Positions 27,981 to 42,527 of a DNA stretch of 64,000 nucleotides are shown here, piece after piece. How positions within the stretch are numbered: position 1 is the stretch's first letter; each line of letters opens with the position of its first letter. The notes beneath the pieces are model-generated. The model was not told where the DNA came from and made no database searches. It saw only the letters and a list, made by a program, of their open reading frames with translations. The stretch lies in assembly GCA_965153355.1 (NCBI GenBank), contig OZ231126.1:1-64000 (forward strand). The letters are read 5' to 3'. The translations under genes were made by a program, and so were the position numbers. Source of the stretch: Flaccisagitta enflata. Its lineage: Eukaryota.

Positions 27981-28714
27981 TTTTTTAGATGCGTCTGTCC
28001 ATGAGAGGGTCTGTCCGTCGGTCCATCCGTTGGTCTGTCTGTCCATCCTTCCATCAGTCCATCCTTCAATCGGTCCGTCCCTCCGTCATTTAAGTTTGTG
28101 CAAAAACCGCGTTTCTCGGCTGTTTTTGGCCAGGATGAGGTCGTTTACTACCCGACTCAATAAAAAAGCCGCACTTTTAAAAAGCAAATTGTCATATTGA
28201 ATTTTAATAAAATTAATTGAAATCTTAAACTGTTAGAAAGCTCTTGATAAGATCTTTCATTTGGCTCCAATCTGGTAAATCTAGCTTTATTTGTTTAGAA
28301 ATGGCATAAGAATTAGTAGTTCATTGCCATTATCAGTTTGCAATCCTATTGAAAAATGAGTATTTTTACAAATTAGAAGATAACTTTGACAAACTCTTGC
28401 TCCTAAATTGTAAAGATCTGGGATTAGTCTGAAATAGTAAAAAATTTGAAGATCTTTAAAATTACTTCAACAGAAAAACGTTTAAATGATTTCTCTTTCT
28501 CATTTATCAATTCAAAATAGGGTACGACTTTTTTTTTTTTGAGTCGAGTAGTACTAAATTCAATGTGTTTTAAGAGCCTCTTTTGCTACTCTGTTATGTA
28601 ATCTGTCTGTTTGTCAATAAGTCTCTCCATATGCATGCATACCATATGTAAAGCGCCAAATTCAATACACGCAAAGTCTCAGTCCGGACGCATCGTTGCC
28701 CGGTCGGGCTTGTT
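27981..28714 (+). mobile_element. HINE-like element, family C (long variant), inserted in a pseudo-exon
   Basis: TTTTTTAGATGCGTC..(GTCC/GTCT)n..GACGCATC-GTT-GCCCGGTCGGGC-TTGTT; same ends as 53429-53604. Confidence 0.7.
28148..28551. mobile_element. TA-flanked MITE nested in the family-C element
   Basis: TA|CTACCCGACTCAATAAAAAAGCCGCAC ... GTACGACTTTTTTTTTTTTGAGTCGAGTAG|TA. Confidence 0.75.
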
Positions 28715-28819
28715 CGACTGTAAGGTACATAAAATGCTGACTTGGCTGAAATCCAATGGCAAATTGGGAATGCCCGTTGAATACGCTAGTGGAATATTGA
28801 TATGCATAACGGGACAAAA

Positions 28820-29406
28820 ATAAAACTTAAAAGAACTAGTCATCCAAGGATCGCACATGGTCAGCGGTACCCGATGCCCTGCTGGGAGTGATCCAATGAA
28901 GAAGTGGAGTGAGAGCAGGGAAGCGGTCTCAAAGGGCCGATGTCCTGTAGAACACAGGGGGTAATTTCCAGACGTCCTGTGGGGGCATATTTCAGGCCTT
29001 AGATGACTGATACAGGCCACTGAAGGCATATTTGAAAGCTGGAGGGCAGAACTATGGCTTGGAGAGCAGATTTAAGGTTTGGAGGGCGAATTTGAGGGGC
29101 AGAGGGCTGATTTGATGCTTGGAGCTGTGATTGATGGTCTGGAGGGCAGATTTGAGGTCTGGAGAACAGATTTGAGGTCTGGAGGGTAGAATTGAGGCAG
29201 AGGGGGGTGATTTAAAGCCTGGAGGGCTGATTTGAGGCCTGGAGGACTAAATTGAGGTCTGGGAGGGCTAATTTGAGGCCTTGATGGTCAATGGATAGGG
29301 GAGAAGGACGGATGGAAGGACGGATGAATGGAAGGAAGGATGGACATCTGGGGATTCCCCCCTGTGTTCTACAGGACATCGGCCCTTTGGGGCCGCTGCC
29401 CAAAAA
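28820..29406 (-). mobile_element. HINE-like element, family D, inserted in a pseudo-exon
   Basis: About 45-bp subterminal inverted repeat (28917-28961 vs 29357-29401), 21-bp GATTTGAGGTCTGGAGGGC array, (GGAC/GGAA)n, and an A-run terminus. Confidence 0.7.
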
Positions 29407-29624
29407 GAATACTAAAGGGACCATAACTCGCAGTTCAGATCAGATTCAAATGCATGAAGAACCAAGCGACTGATCGACCGATGGTCGATGGACATGACCC
29501 CTGCTATTGGCGTCTGAGGAAATTACTTTAATTACTCAGATGGTAACCTCAAAAAGGCTTCCTAATGCAGCTTGACACATTCATTTAATCATAACGAGAG
29601 GAGAAAACTATATTGTCGGACTTC

Positions 29625-29790
<166 letters not shown>

Positions 29791-31422
29791 TCATTTTCTC
29801 ATTTTCTTTTACAAAATCTATCAACACCACTAGCATACAAACTATCAACACCACTAGCTTACACGCTATCAACACAACTAACTTATAAGCTTCAAATGCG
29901 AATATTGAGAAGTTTTAATCAAATTGATGTGTTTTATTCATGACCGTTATTTGGGCAGGGCCGCAGTGAGGAGCGGCTGTTTCTTTGATCCACAACTTAC
30001 TAAAACTTCTTAGGCAAATAGTCTAGTCTTGACTAACATGATATTGAATGGTCGCGAAAGTGTTAGATGGTCAGCGGTTCCCGATGCACCTAGGAGGGTG
30101 TATATGGGGATAAGATGGTGAGAGGGGGAGCGGCCTCAAAGGGATTGATGAACTATGCCAAGGTGTATGGAGAATCATGAAGCATCTTATAGCACAAGGC
30201 TGAGGTTTCGGCCCAAAATTGAATTTGAGCCCCGAGGCTGAAATATGGGCTTTGAGCCTGGGATTTGGGGCCAAAGGGCCAAGATTAAGGCCCAAAGCTG
30301 AGATCTAGGCGTTTCGGCAGAGACCAGGGCCTTGGGGCTGGGATTTGGGCCTTGAGGCCAGATGGGGGTCCATTTTTGGTTTCTTTTGGTAATTGATTCT
30401 GACGACTTACAAACTCGACCAACAAATCAGCCTCGTTGACAAATACCAAAGTGAAATTCTTTCCACAGGCTAAATGGTTTTCTTTGAAGAAAAAAATTCC
30501 CTTAAACATGAGGGTACTTCATTAAAAGAAAGTGAATGGGGGAAGATGGAGGAGGGGAGGAGGGTGAGAGGATAAATTTGTCTATAAATAAGCGGCCGTC
30601 AAATCGAAATGGTATCAAAATCCAGCACTGTTCATGAACGTCCCTGGAAAATTATGACCATGAATGCAAAAAAATGTTCTCCCGAGGCCGAGCCAAGCTT
30701 TCCATTACAGCGCGATATCAGCAATCATTTTACTTACTTAAGATTTGCTCATCCTAAGATGAACCAGTTGTCAGCATGTTGTCAGCATGTTTTGTCTTTG
30801 GGTTCCATCAAATGAAATGTTAGTTGTCAGCATGTTGTCAGCATGTTTTTCTTTTGGTTCCATCAAATGAATTGTCAGTTTTCAGCGTGTTTTGTCAGCA
30901 TGTTGTCAGCATGTTTCGTTTTTTGGTTCCATCGAATGAATTGTTAGTTGTCAGCATGTTTTGTCTTTTGGTTCGTCAAATCAATTTTCTTGGTTTTTAG
31001 GATTAAGGGAAAGGGGACGAGGGGGGGGCAATGGGGGCAATGGGGGCAATGGGGGCAATGGGGGCAATGGGGAAAGTCAACAAGACAAGTCAACACTAAT
31101 TAACCTCTACATCTTCATCATCCTCTATTTCGTCTTCATCATCATCTTTTCATTTGACTTTAGTCGGCGTCCAATGAAATGGGAGAAAAAAATGTTGAAC
31201 CTCGATCTGACAAAAAAAAACACACATTCCCCTCTTCCCTCTTCCCTTTACTCACTACCCTTCACCTTCTTCCCTCCATCCTCAATCCTCCACCCTTCGC
31301 TCTCTACTCCCCACCCTCCATCCGCCACCACTTTTCCCTTTGTACCTCCTGTCCTTTGCTCTCCGTCCTTCACCATTCATTCTCTACCCTCCACCCTCCA
31401 CCCACCCATCACCGTGTACATA

Positions 31423-31968
31423 CAGTATATCTCGTCTAGACTTGAGATAACGGGGGCAAGCATTGTAGAAAAACAAATGAAGCCAAGGGAATGATATTTG
31501 AAATATAGATTTATAAAGAGATGCTTTATTGCCCATGATAGCTGGTTGCCATGGAAACACATTTCCATGTATTCATTATATCAATATTTTGAGAAAGTTT
31601 TGAGGGAACATTTTTTAAAATTAATTTGCATAACTTTCCACAGTATGTTCTGTGTAATATTGGCTGCTTAGCTGCTAAGGCTGTCACATTAGACACGCTC
31701 CTAGCAACGCCAAACGAGCAACAATCTTACAGAACATATTGTGGGAAAGTTGTAGCAAATTTAATTTCAAACAATGTTCCCTAAAAAAATCTCTCAAAAT
31801 ATTGATATTTTAGCGAGAATACATGGAAATGTGTTTCCATGGCAACCAGCTATCATGGGGAATTAATCATCCTTTGATTAATCTATATTCCAAATATTAC
31901 TCCCCTGGCTTCATTCGTCTTTCAACAGTGCTTGCCCCCGTTATCTCAAGTCTAGACGAGATATACTG
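31423..31968. mobile_element. Almost fully palindromic Tc1/mariner-type MITE
   Basis: TA|CAGTATATCTCGTCTAGACTTGAGATAACGGGGGCAAGCA has an exact reverse complement ending at 31968|TA; arms continue about 240 bp. Confidence 0.92.
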
Positions 31969-32088
31969 TACGTGTATGACAAGAATTTAGCTATGGAACC
32001 CCTATAAATTGTCGCCGCCATCCACCCCCATTTCCTGTACTAAAACGTAGGATACCTCAGCGGCATGGCAAAATGCCTCCCTGTTCAT

Positions 32089-32438
32089 TACGCATGTCAG
32101 AGTGCCGAAAATAGCCAAAACTGGCTTTCCCCGCCATCATCTATTTACCTTGCTTAAATGCTATTAAATGAGCCGTCGAGCGACATTCAAATCGATAGGG
32201 AAACATCATTAGGGATACTATAAAGTTTCCATAGAAATCTATGGCAGAGGCAAAATTCGCATGGTAAAAATATTGATTCCAATGATTATTCAATACAAAC
32301 TTCAACCTCACCATAATGATGGTTCCCGATTGAAATGAAAGTCGCGCGACGGCTCGTTTGACAGGACCTTTGCAAAGGCAAAAGATGATGGTGGGGGGAA
32401 GGCCAGTTTTGCCCGTTTTTGGCACTCTGACATGCGTA
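32089..32438. mobile_element. MITE with 8-bp TSD, nested in an older inverted-repeat element (~31980-32510)
   Basis: CTGTTCAT|TACGCATGTCAGAGTGCC ... GGCACTCTGACATGCGTA|CTGTTCAT; TIR about 60 bp. Confidence 0.85.
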
Positions 32439-34956
32439 CTGTTCATTTTCTATGGGATATAAGGATGGTGGCGGCTATAATTTATGGAGTTCCCAGTACT
32501 AAATTTTTGTTGTGGTTCATCGAGATGTACACATGAATTTGAGTCATATCTCCCTGATAGAGAACTTACCTATGACTTTACATAGAATTTTGTAAGGCTA
32601 CTGTACCTCTCAACCCCCAATCCCCCTCTTCACCCCCCTCTTTACCCCCCTCTCCCCCCCCCTTTTACGCCTCCCCGTTTTACCCCCCCCCCTCTTCACC
32701 CCCCTGTCCAACTGTTTGGAATTCTTAGTTGGTATCCCGATGACTCCTTGGAAGTCTTTAGTTTTTCTTCCTTCGCTTTTCTTCCTTTGGTTGTCTTTGG
32801 GGAGAAGGATTAGGAAGCAATGAAACAACTTCTTTGGGATGTGTTTCCACTGACGACAACAATCATTCCCCTTAATCTGTATGTCTCTATCTTTGTCTCA
32901 TTTGCCTTTATTTCTCATGTATCTATCTCTATCTCTTTGGGTTTCCACTGATGACAATTGTGATCTTCCCGTTAATCTGTATGTCTCTATCTTTGTCTCA
33001 TTTCCCTTTATTTCTCATGTCTCTATCTCTATCTCTTTGGGGTGTGTTTCCACTGACGATGAGAATCTCGATTGTTTCCGTCAAACACGTTTATAGCGTG
33101 AACATGTATATTCAGAAATTTTAACCGTCCTAGGAGGGAGTGAGCGAATTGAGTAAGCAAAGTGAGTGAGGAAGCCGGTAAATGGAGCGAGTGAACACAG
33201 TGAGTAAAGCGCAGCGTAGCGTAACGTAGTGCTGTGGAGCGAGTGAGCGGAGTGAGCGGTGCGAGCGAATGAATATAGCGAGCGACCGAGTGGCCCGTTC
33301 AAAACGCGATTGTCACGATAAGAAACTGACCCAAGTTCTTTTCTGAGGGAGAAGAAAAGATTTAAAAACTAAAAGACTAAAAGATGTTGTTGATTTTTCC
33401 GTTTGGACTTTCTGGAAGTCCATCTTCTTCACATAGGTCAAGAACTCATTCTGAATGAGTTCTTGAAAAAGACAAAGTTGATGGAATGGTTCCTGGATAT
33501 TTCACACAAAAGCGCATGCAAGCAAGCACGCACGCAAGCAAGCGAACAAGCACGTATTCACGCAAGCACGCAACTTAGCAAGCACGCATGCACGTAAGCA
33601 CGCAAGCATGCAAGCACGCGTGCACGCTAGCATGCAAGCACGCGTGCACGCAAGCACGCATGTAAATCAGGTTGAGTCATATACTTTAAGAACCTATCTT
33701 ATTCTACCAACTGCCATCAGCTGTCATCGTCATGAAATTTTCCACCTAACAAGTTCCACAGTAAATTACACACACATCAGCGCCAGGCCGGATACACGGC
33801 CAATAAGTAGTCGCTCGCGGATGGGCAGGGGCGGTAATGCGGGTGGGCAGGGGATGTACGGGACAAGCCAAGGGCTAAAATGCTCAGAAATCACCTTTTC
33901 AGTCGATTCCGCGTCCTCCAAATTTTCGCAACAAAAAATATATCATCTAAATTTGTCAAACATCAAGATAAATGTATCAAAATAGACAAAATCCAAACGA
34001 GTTAGAATCATCTGGCAGCAAAGATTCACATTTCTTTCTTTTTTTCTTTTTCTTCTTCTTTTTTTCTTTGATTGTGAACCTTCTTTCCTTGAAAAAAAGA
34101 AATGAAGGATTACGTTTGGTTACAAAGATTCCCTCAGTTAGAAACAATATTGAATAAATTCATTTTTTTTCCTTGTAGAGGTGAAGAAGATGCAAAGTGT
34201 TAACTTTTTCAAGTTGGATTATTTCTTTCTAGACGCGTGCTACGCAACTCTACATACCGCTTTGTTGGTCGGTCGGTCGGTCGGTCGGTCGGTGGTCCCC
34301 TTCATACTTTTTCAGCGTTTTAAGCTGTTGGGGCTCAGAGCTCCTTCCCAAATGCCATTATAAGTCACGAAAAGTCATTATATATGACATTAATTCCATA
34401 AAAGTGTAGACAGTATAAGTCATTCTAAGTCATTCTAAGTCATTTTAAGTGATATTAAGTCACTTAAGTCAATCAGGTCAATTTTAGTCATTTAAGTCAT
34501 TCAGTGTCGTATTAAATCATTTTAAGTAATTTCAGGTCAACTTGAGTCAATAAAAGTCAATTCAAGTCATCTTAAATTATCTATGTCCCGCGCGCGACTT
34601 ATAGGTGTTGGCCTTGTTTTACCAACGGGTGAAATAATCTAAGCATTTTTTTTCTCAAGAGAGCTTGACCAAGTGTCAGTGCTGGGAAAGAAACGTCCGA
34701 AACACGAACAATTAGATGTGATACAGTAGAGCACCGCTAGAGCACACCCGCTTGTAAGGCATGCTCGCTTATAAGGCATTGATTATGGTTTTCCCATTAG
34801 AAATTTTGTGGTTATTTCCATATTGGCAATAAGGCAGCTTCACTTTAAGGCATGAATTTGTTCAGTCCCTTGAAATGCCAACTGTATCCAACTGTATCCA
34901 ACTGTATCTACACCGCATCTTAAAAGCATCAGAGCGAATGTATGTATGTATGTATG

Positions 34957-34990
<34 letters not shown>

Positions 34991-35331
34991 TGTATGTATG
35001 TATGTATGTATGTATGTATGTATGTGTGTATGTATGTATGTATGTATGTATGTATGTATGTATGTATGTATGTATGTATGTATGTACGTATGTATGTATG
35101 TATGTATGTATGTATGTATGTATGTATCTATGTATGTATGTATGTATTTATGTATGTATGTATGTATGTATGTAAGTACCCAGATACGAGTCGTGAAGTT
35201 GTCCCAAAGCTTTTTTTTCTCGAGGTTGTCCAAGAGATACCAGGTCAACTTGTTGTCCTAGAGATACCAGGTCAACTTGTTGTCCTGAAGTTGCACCCAG
35301 AAAATACAACATGTATTGTTCCAACAAATAC

Positions 35332-35434
<103 letters not shown>

Positions 35435-36109
35435 GAGAGCAAATAATGACATGACGTCACAGTAAATTGAAAAGGACAGTTTTGAGCCTTGTACAAACTA
35501 GAAAACGTTCTAAGTCGTGTGCAAACTAGTCATAGCCGTAACCAATATCGTCATACGGGAGCAATTTTTACAAAGTGAGGGTGCGTCGAGACGTATGTCG
35601 AGTTGTGTATGGGCGGACGAGGGAAAGGGGGGGGATAAGGGAAGTGGGGCGAGAGTTCTCGGGGGTTGAATGAACGAACGTATCAATAAACAAATAAGTT
35701 ATTTAGTGGATGAATAAATTGAATTGAATGTTGCATTGATTTATGAATTGCTGGCTAGTAGGATACAAGCGCGACAAAATTGGCTTGTTTCAAATAGAGT
35801 TAACTTTGCATCGTTCAAAAGTGCATCAATGTCTTCGTTCTTCGTCCCCCGTTACCCCGTTACAACACCCCCCCCCCCTCGCCCTCCACACCTCCCTAAT
35901 CTCTCTCTCTCACTCTTGTCTTCCCATTTCCCGCTCTCTTTCTTGCCCCTCCTCTTCCTTCCCTCCCAACTCTTTCCCCCTCTTCCCCCCCCTGTCTTTC
36001 CCCCTCGTCATTCCCTACCAGTTCCGGGCCATTTTTTGCCCAAAGTGGATCGATCGATGTCTTGCACACTCTTACGCACGCGATCCACTCAATCTACTTC
36101 GATTCCGGT

Positions 36110-36153
<44 letters not shown>

Positions 36154-36249
36154 TTCTGCCTTCTCTTCTTCTTCCTCTTCCTACCTAATCACCGCCCTTG
36201 TTCTTCCTGCCAAGAACAATGGACGCACAGTAGGTCACTGAAAGGATGT

Positions 36250-36281
<32 letters not shown>

Positions 36282-36325
36282 TTGATGATGATGATGATGA
36301 GTTGAAGCCATACAAGCCATACTGG

Positions 36326-36518
<193 letters not shown>

Positions 36519-36993
36519 AGTGTGCGCTCCATCCCATCCATCCGCGAATTTAAAGATTGTCCCAATTTCTTTGTTTGTGCCCGACTATTGATTTTTTTTT
36601 CAGGTGTGCCAAAGCATCTGTGACGTACAGTTTACATGAGGTTGGATTGGTCAGTCTTTCGCCGTCAGATCGACCGTCCGTCCATGCATCCGTCCGTCCA
36701 TGCATTCGTCCGTCCGTCCATGCATGCGTCCTTCTGATCATCCGTCCGTCCATGCATGCGTCCTTCCGATCATCCGTCGGTCTGTCGCGATCTAATACAA
36801 AGAACTAATACAAACACTTGTTGACCTTTGGCTTGAAGAAGCAGGGGGCGGGGGGGGGGGGATGGGGGTAAGGTAAGCTACATAGGGAGGATGAAGTTCG
36901 TGTTTGCTTCGTTACTGTCCACCCCAATGCAGCAGGTGTTCTAGAGATGACTTCGTCGCAAGACCAATCTTCATGGTCGAACAGTTCCGGAAG

Positions 36994-37066
<73 letters not shown>

Positions 37067-37399
37067 ATTGTAAGAAGAGATAGAGAGTGACGGGGACAGA
37101 GTGTTCCGGGCTGTAAGAGGGAAAAAAAATAATGACAAGCTATTTTTGGGACACGAAATTTCTAAAAGAAAAAAAAAGGGAAAAAAAGGAAAAAAAAAAA
37201 ATAAGACGAAAAAAAAAGAAAGTAAAAGAAACCTTTTTCTCAATAGTGGAAAATTTTCGTCGTTTCTTTTTTTTTTTTTTTTGGTCTTTTTTCAAATTCG
37301 CATCCTTTCAGCTTTTTCAGCGAAATTTCTCCCTTTTGGCTTCAGATTTCAAACCAAATTTTGTCTCCTCGCCGAAGTCAAATAGATTTTTTGGATACT

Positions 37400-38180
37400 T
37401 ACCCTCGGCTTACTCATTTGTGTCATTTCACTTACCCCTGTGCTTACTCATTTGTGTCATTTCACTCACCCCTGTGCTTACTCATTTGTGTCATTTCACT
37501 CACCCCTGTGCTTACTCATTTGTGTCATTTCACTCACCCCTGTGTTTACTCATTTGTGTCATTTCACTCACCCCTGTGCTTACTCATTTGTGTCATTTCA
37601 CGCACCCCTGTGCTTACTCATTTGTGTCATTTCACTTGCCCCTGCGCTTATTCATTTGTATCATTTCACTTACCCCTGTGCTTACTTGTTTGTGTCATTT
37701 CATTTACCCTTGTGCTAACTCATTTGTGTCATTTCACTTGCCCCTGTGCTTACTCATTTGAGGCATTTCACTTACCCCTGTGTTTACTCGTTTGTGTCAT
37801 TTCACTTACCCCTGTGCTTACTCATTTGTGTCATTTCACTTACCCCTGTGCTTACTCATTTGTGTCATTTCACTTACCTTTGTGCTTGCTCATTTGTGCC
37901 ATTTCATTTACCCCTGTACTTACTCATTTAAGTCATTTCACTTACCCCTGTGCCTACTTATTTGTGTCATTTCACTCACCCCTGTGCTTACTCATCTATG
38001 CCATTTCACTTACCACTGGGCTTTGTGTCATTTCACATACCCTGTTTTTACTTATTTGTGTCATTTCGCTTACCCTGTTCTTACTCATTTGAAAATCATT
38101 TGTGCTTACTCATTTGTGTCATGTGGCTTTCATTCGGTGCTTACTTATTCACAGCATTTTACTTACCCCCTGTGCTGTGC
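37400..38180 (+). repeat. 34-bp minisatellite (about 22 units)
   Basis: TGTGCTTACTCATTTGTGTCATTTCACTTACCCC units, degenerating rightwards. Confidence 0.95.
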
Positions 38181-38800
38181 TTAGTCGTTTTAGTCGCGTG
38201 CTAAGCGACTCTTTAAGCCACTTTCTGGTTGGTCGGTTGGTCGGTTGGTCGGACCGTCGGTCGGTTGGTCCATAACAAAACTGTCTGAAAGACTTTTTAC
38301 ACAAAATAAAGACATTTTAAATGTTTTCAAATGTTTCTAAGGTATTTATTGGCCTCTATAAGCCACTTTTTGGTTGGTCTGTTGGTCTGTCCGTCTGTAT
38401 GTCTGTACCTCTGTCCATCACAAAGTTGTTTAAAGGGTGTTACTGCCAGTTTAAAGATACTTTAAATGTTTTTGAATGTTTTTATGTAATTCATACACCT
38501 CTATAAGCCACTTTTTTGTCCATCTGCCCATCCGTCCATCTGTCTGTCTGATCATTAGTTTGTCACAAAGTTGTTTTTAAGACTTTTTGTTGCTAGTTCA
38601 AAGGTCTTTTTTTAAATGTTTTAGTCTGTTTATCTGTCTGTCTGCCTGACTTTTTTGAAAGTGCCGACGCACGCGACTTAGGACTAATGACCTTGTTGTC
38701 CTATCACTCACCCTTGTGATGATTTATTTGTGTCATGCAACATTTTTGTTAGTCGTTCTCTCTGTCTCTATCTTTTTCCACCTGTCACTGCCTCTCTCTT

Positions 38801-38858
<58 letters not shown>

Positions 38859-38903
38859 AGTTTGTTTGTCAGTCTGTCCGTCTGTCTATTTGGGGTTTGT
38901 ATC

Positions 38904-39000
<97 letters not shown>

Positions 39001-39516
39001 TGCCTTTTTTTCTTCTTCCTATGCCATAACAGAAAATGTCAACTTATGGAGGACACACTTAGTTTTGAACTTGGTAAATTCCTTTTTGGGGCAGAAAGCT
39101 GTTTCTAACGTTGTTACCTATTCCTGGAAAAATATTTGTCCGCTTGAAAAGAAACAAATTGTAACTTACTTTTTTGAAGAGAGGGGAAAAGAGAGGCTGA
39201 CAGACAGACAGACAGACAAAGAGAGGGAAAAAGACAGACGCTGAGTAAGAAACTAAGAAAGGAATTGTCTGACTTGCCAAGTTTAACATAAACAGAACGA
39301 TAGGCGGACACACAGAATGACAGGCACATAGACTGATGGACAAATAGGCAGACAAACGGTCGGACAGACAGGAAGACAGACAGTCCGACAGACAGACAAA
39401 GAGTCAGACATTCAGAATGACATAGGCTCAAACAGGATCACACGTCGATTGGATGATTTCCACAGTATGTCACGAATGCCTCCCATGAATATCATGTCCC
39501 TAAGATATCCCTACCC

Positions 39517-41636
39517 AGCAGACGTTCTGTTATGCCTCCATATTCATAGGGGAAGGCCGGTTCGCGATTAAATTGGTACTTTATTGTATCAAAAAGTAAT
39601 TTCAGGTCTTGTTAAGGATTTTCTACCTTCCCTGGAGTAACGGTTTTGGTTTTACTATCACGGGTAATAGGTAGTTGTTGGGAAAATGCCCAAATTTGGT
39701 CACTTTGGCCTCAAATTTAGGCCGCTTCACCTTTGAAATCGAACCTAAAATCCATGAGATTATTAAACTAGAGCTAGAGCTAACTAGAGCTAACTTTGGC
39801 CTCAAATTTAGGCCACTTCACCTTTGAAATCGAACCTAAAATCCATGAGATTATTAAACTAGAGCTAGAGCTAACTAGAGCTAACCAGTGGTGCAATCCG
39901 CATGTTTTTATCTTTATTTGTTTAGATTTGAGAGAGTTTTAAAAATGGGGCTTGAGAGGGCTTTTTTGCAGCATAAAATCTGGGGGTAATTTGGACATTT
40001 TTCACATTTTTCACTATATTGCAGCTTTGGATAGACCAAACTATAAAAAAATCGGTGACCAAACTGAAGAGCGTTTGATGCTCTAACTGATTCTGGAAAA
40101 ATTTTGGAACAATATAGCCTCAAAAAAATTTTATACACTCTCAAAGCAGGTGAAAAAAGTCAAATTTTAATGTCATTTAGTCTATTTTTCATTGAAAAAT
40201 TATGCCACTTCCAAACTGAAAATTGACTTAAAATTCATGAGCAAATCAAACTACAGCTCAAGTGCTAATCAGTGGTGCAATCAGCATATTTCTATGTTTA
40301 TTCATTTAGATTTTAGAGTTTTTCAAAGATGAAGGGGTATGAGGATCATTTTTGTCATTACCATCTTGGCCATAAATATAAGCACAGTAGGTGTAAAAGT
40401 TGATTTATTGCCTAGAAGTGAGCAGCAAACAAATCAGACTGCATCTAACATTCAGTATAACCATGTTGGGCATCCACCACCGCCTGTATTCACTTTGGCA
40501 TTGACTCATAGAGAGCGATTCATTCTATCCCTGCTTTGCAGGTTGTTTTCCCCTGTTTTCGCAGGTTTTTTGTTTGAATCTTTGAGTTCTCAACTGGATT
40601 GAGATCCAAATTGATGTGGGCTAACCCTAGACGAGCTTAACTCGTTGATCTTACAGTATATTTGGAGCAGTGTGTCAATGCACCATTCTCAATAAACTAA
40701 GAAAGAATTACCCAACCACACTTGCAAGAAGCAAATGTTTTATTAATTTGGCTTTCATTTCTAAACGAATAAAGATACAGGAACCAGCGTGGTCTCATTA
40801 GATAGATTTTTCAAAAAAACAAATTTTGAAAAAAAAATCTTCTCTCTGCGATTAAAATAAAGCAAGTTATGACACTTTAAAGCTGTGCTTATATTTATGG
40901 CCAAGATGGTATACTCCTTCATCTTTGAAGTTTTGTCAAATCTAGACGCAGAATTGTTTTGACATGCCGATTGCACCACTGATTAGCTCTTGAGCTGTAG
41001 TTTGATTTGCTCATGAATTTTAAGTCAATTTTTATTTTGGAAGTGGCATAATTTTTCAATGAAAAGTTACCTAAATGACTTTAAGATTTGATTTTTTTTT
41101 TACCTGCTTTGAGAGTGAATATAATTTTTTTGAGGCCATATGGATCCAAATTTTTTTCTAGAATCCGTTAGAGCATCAAAAACTCTTCAATTTGGTCACC
41201 AATTTTTTAAAGTTTGATCTATCCACAGCTGCAATATAGTGAAAAACGTGAAAAATGTCCAAATTACCCCCAGATTTCATGCTGCAAAAAAGCCCTCTCA
41301 AGCCCCATCTTTAAAACTCTCTCAAATCTTAAAAATAAAGATAAAAATATGCAGATTGCACCACTGGTTAGCTCTTAAGCTCTAGTTTAATAATCTCATG
41401 GATTTTAGGTTCGATTTTAAAGGCGAAGTGGCCTAAATTTGAGGCCAAAGTGACCAAATTTGGACATTTTCCCAACAACTACTTATTACCCATGACAGTG
41501 AAACCAAAACCGTTACTCCAGGGAAGGTAGAAAATCCTTAACAAGACCTGAAATTGTTTTTTGATGCAATAAAGTACCAATTTAATCGCGAACCGGCCTT
41601 CCCCTATAAATATAGGGGCATAACAGAATGTCTGCT
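39517..41636. mobile_element. 2.1-kb foldback (long inverted repeat) element
   Basis: Left arm 39517-~40388 is the reverse complement of ~40882-41636 (e.g. TAGGGGAAGGCCGGTTCGCGATTAAATTGGTAC vs GTACCAATTTAATCGCGAACCGGCCTTCCCCTA). A 91-bp tandem duplication (39702, 39793) is in the left arm only. No clear TSD. Confidence 0.85.
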
Positions 41637-41709
41637 ATCCAGATATTCAAAAATGTAATGATTCAAAGACAAATACAACAGTTGAGTATTATGTTCCAAA
41701 GATTTATCA

Positions 41710-42290
41710 ATCAGATAATTACCATGTCCCAGAGACAAATTGCAAATGAATCAGACAATTACCGTGTCCCAGAGACAAATGAATCAGACCATTACCTTGT
41801 CCATGAGACAAATAAATCAGATGATTACTATGTCCCAGAGACAGATAAATCAGATGATTACCATGTCTCATAGACAAATCGATCAGATGATTAACCTGCC
41901 CCAAAGACAAATGAATCAGATAACTAGCTTGTCCCGGAAACAAATAAGCTAAATGATTACCATATTCCGGAGACAAATGAATCAGATGATTACTATGTCC
42001 CAGGAACAAATCAACATGATGATTACCATGTCCCAGAAACAAATGAATCAGATGCATAACTTGTCCCACAGACGAGTGAAACAGATGATCAACTTGTCCT
42101 AAAGACGAGTGAAACAGATGATTAACTTGTCCCAAAGACGAGTAAAACAGATGATTATCTTGTCCCAAAGACAAATGAATGAGATAGCTACCTTGTCCCA
42201 GGGACAAATCAACCAGATGATTACCATGTCCCAGAGACAAATGAATCAGATGATTAACTTGTCCCACAGACGATTGAAACAGATGCTTGT
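41710..42290 (+). repeat. 33-bp minisatellite
   Basis: AGATGATTACCATGTCCCAGAGACAAATGAATC-type units with no unique spacers. Confidence 0.9.
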
Positions 42291-42444
42291 CTGATCCAGA
42301 GAATTTTATGTGTCTCATCCTTTTTTAACTTGTTTTAAAATCCTTAAAAAAATAAAGAAAAAAAAAGGAAAAAAGGTCTTTTCTCTAAGATGACACAAGT
42401 TGTGGCTTTAAGATGCCTTTTTTCCCAGCGTTTAGCCGAGAAGA

Positions 42445-42527
<83 letters not shown>

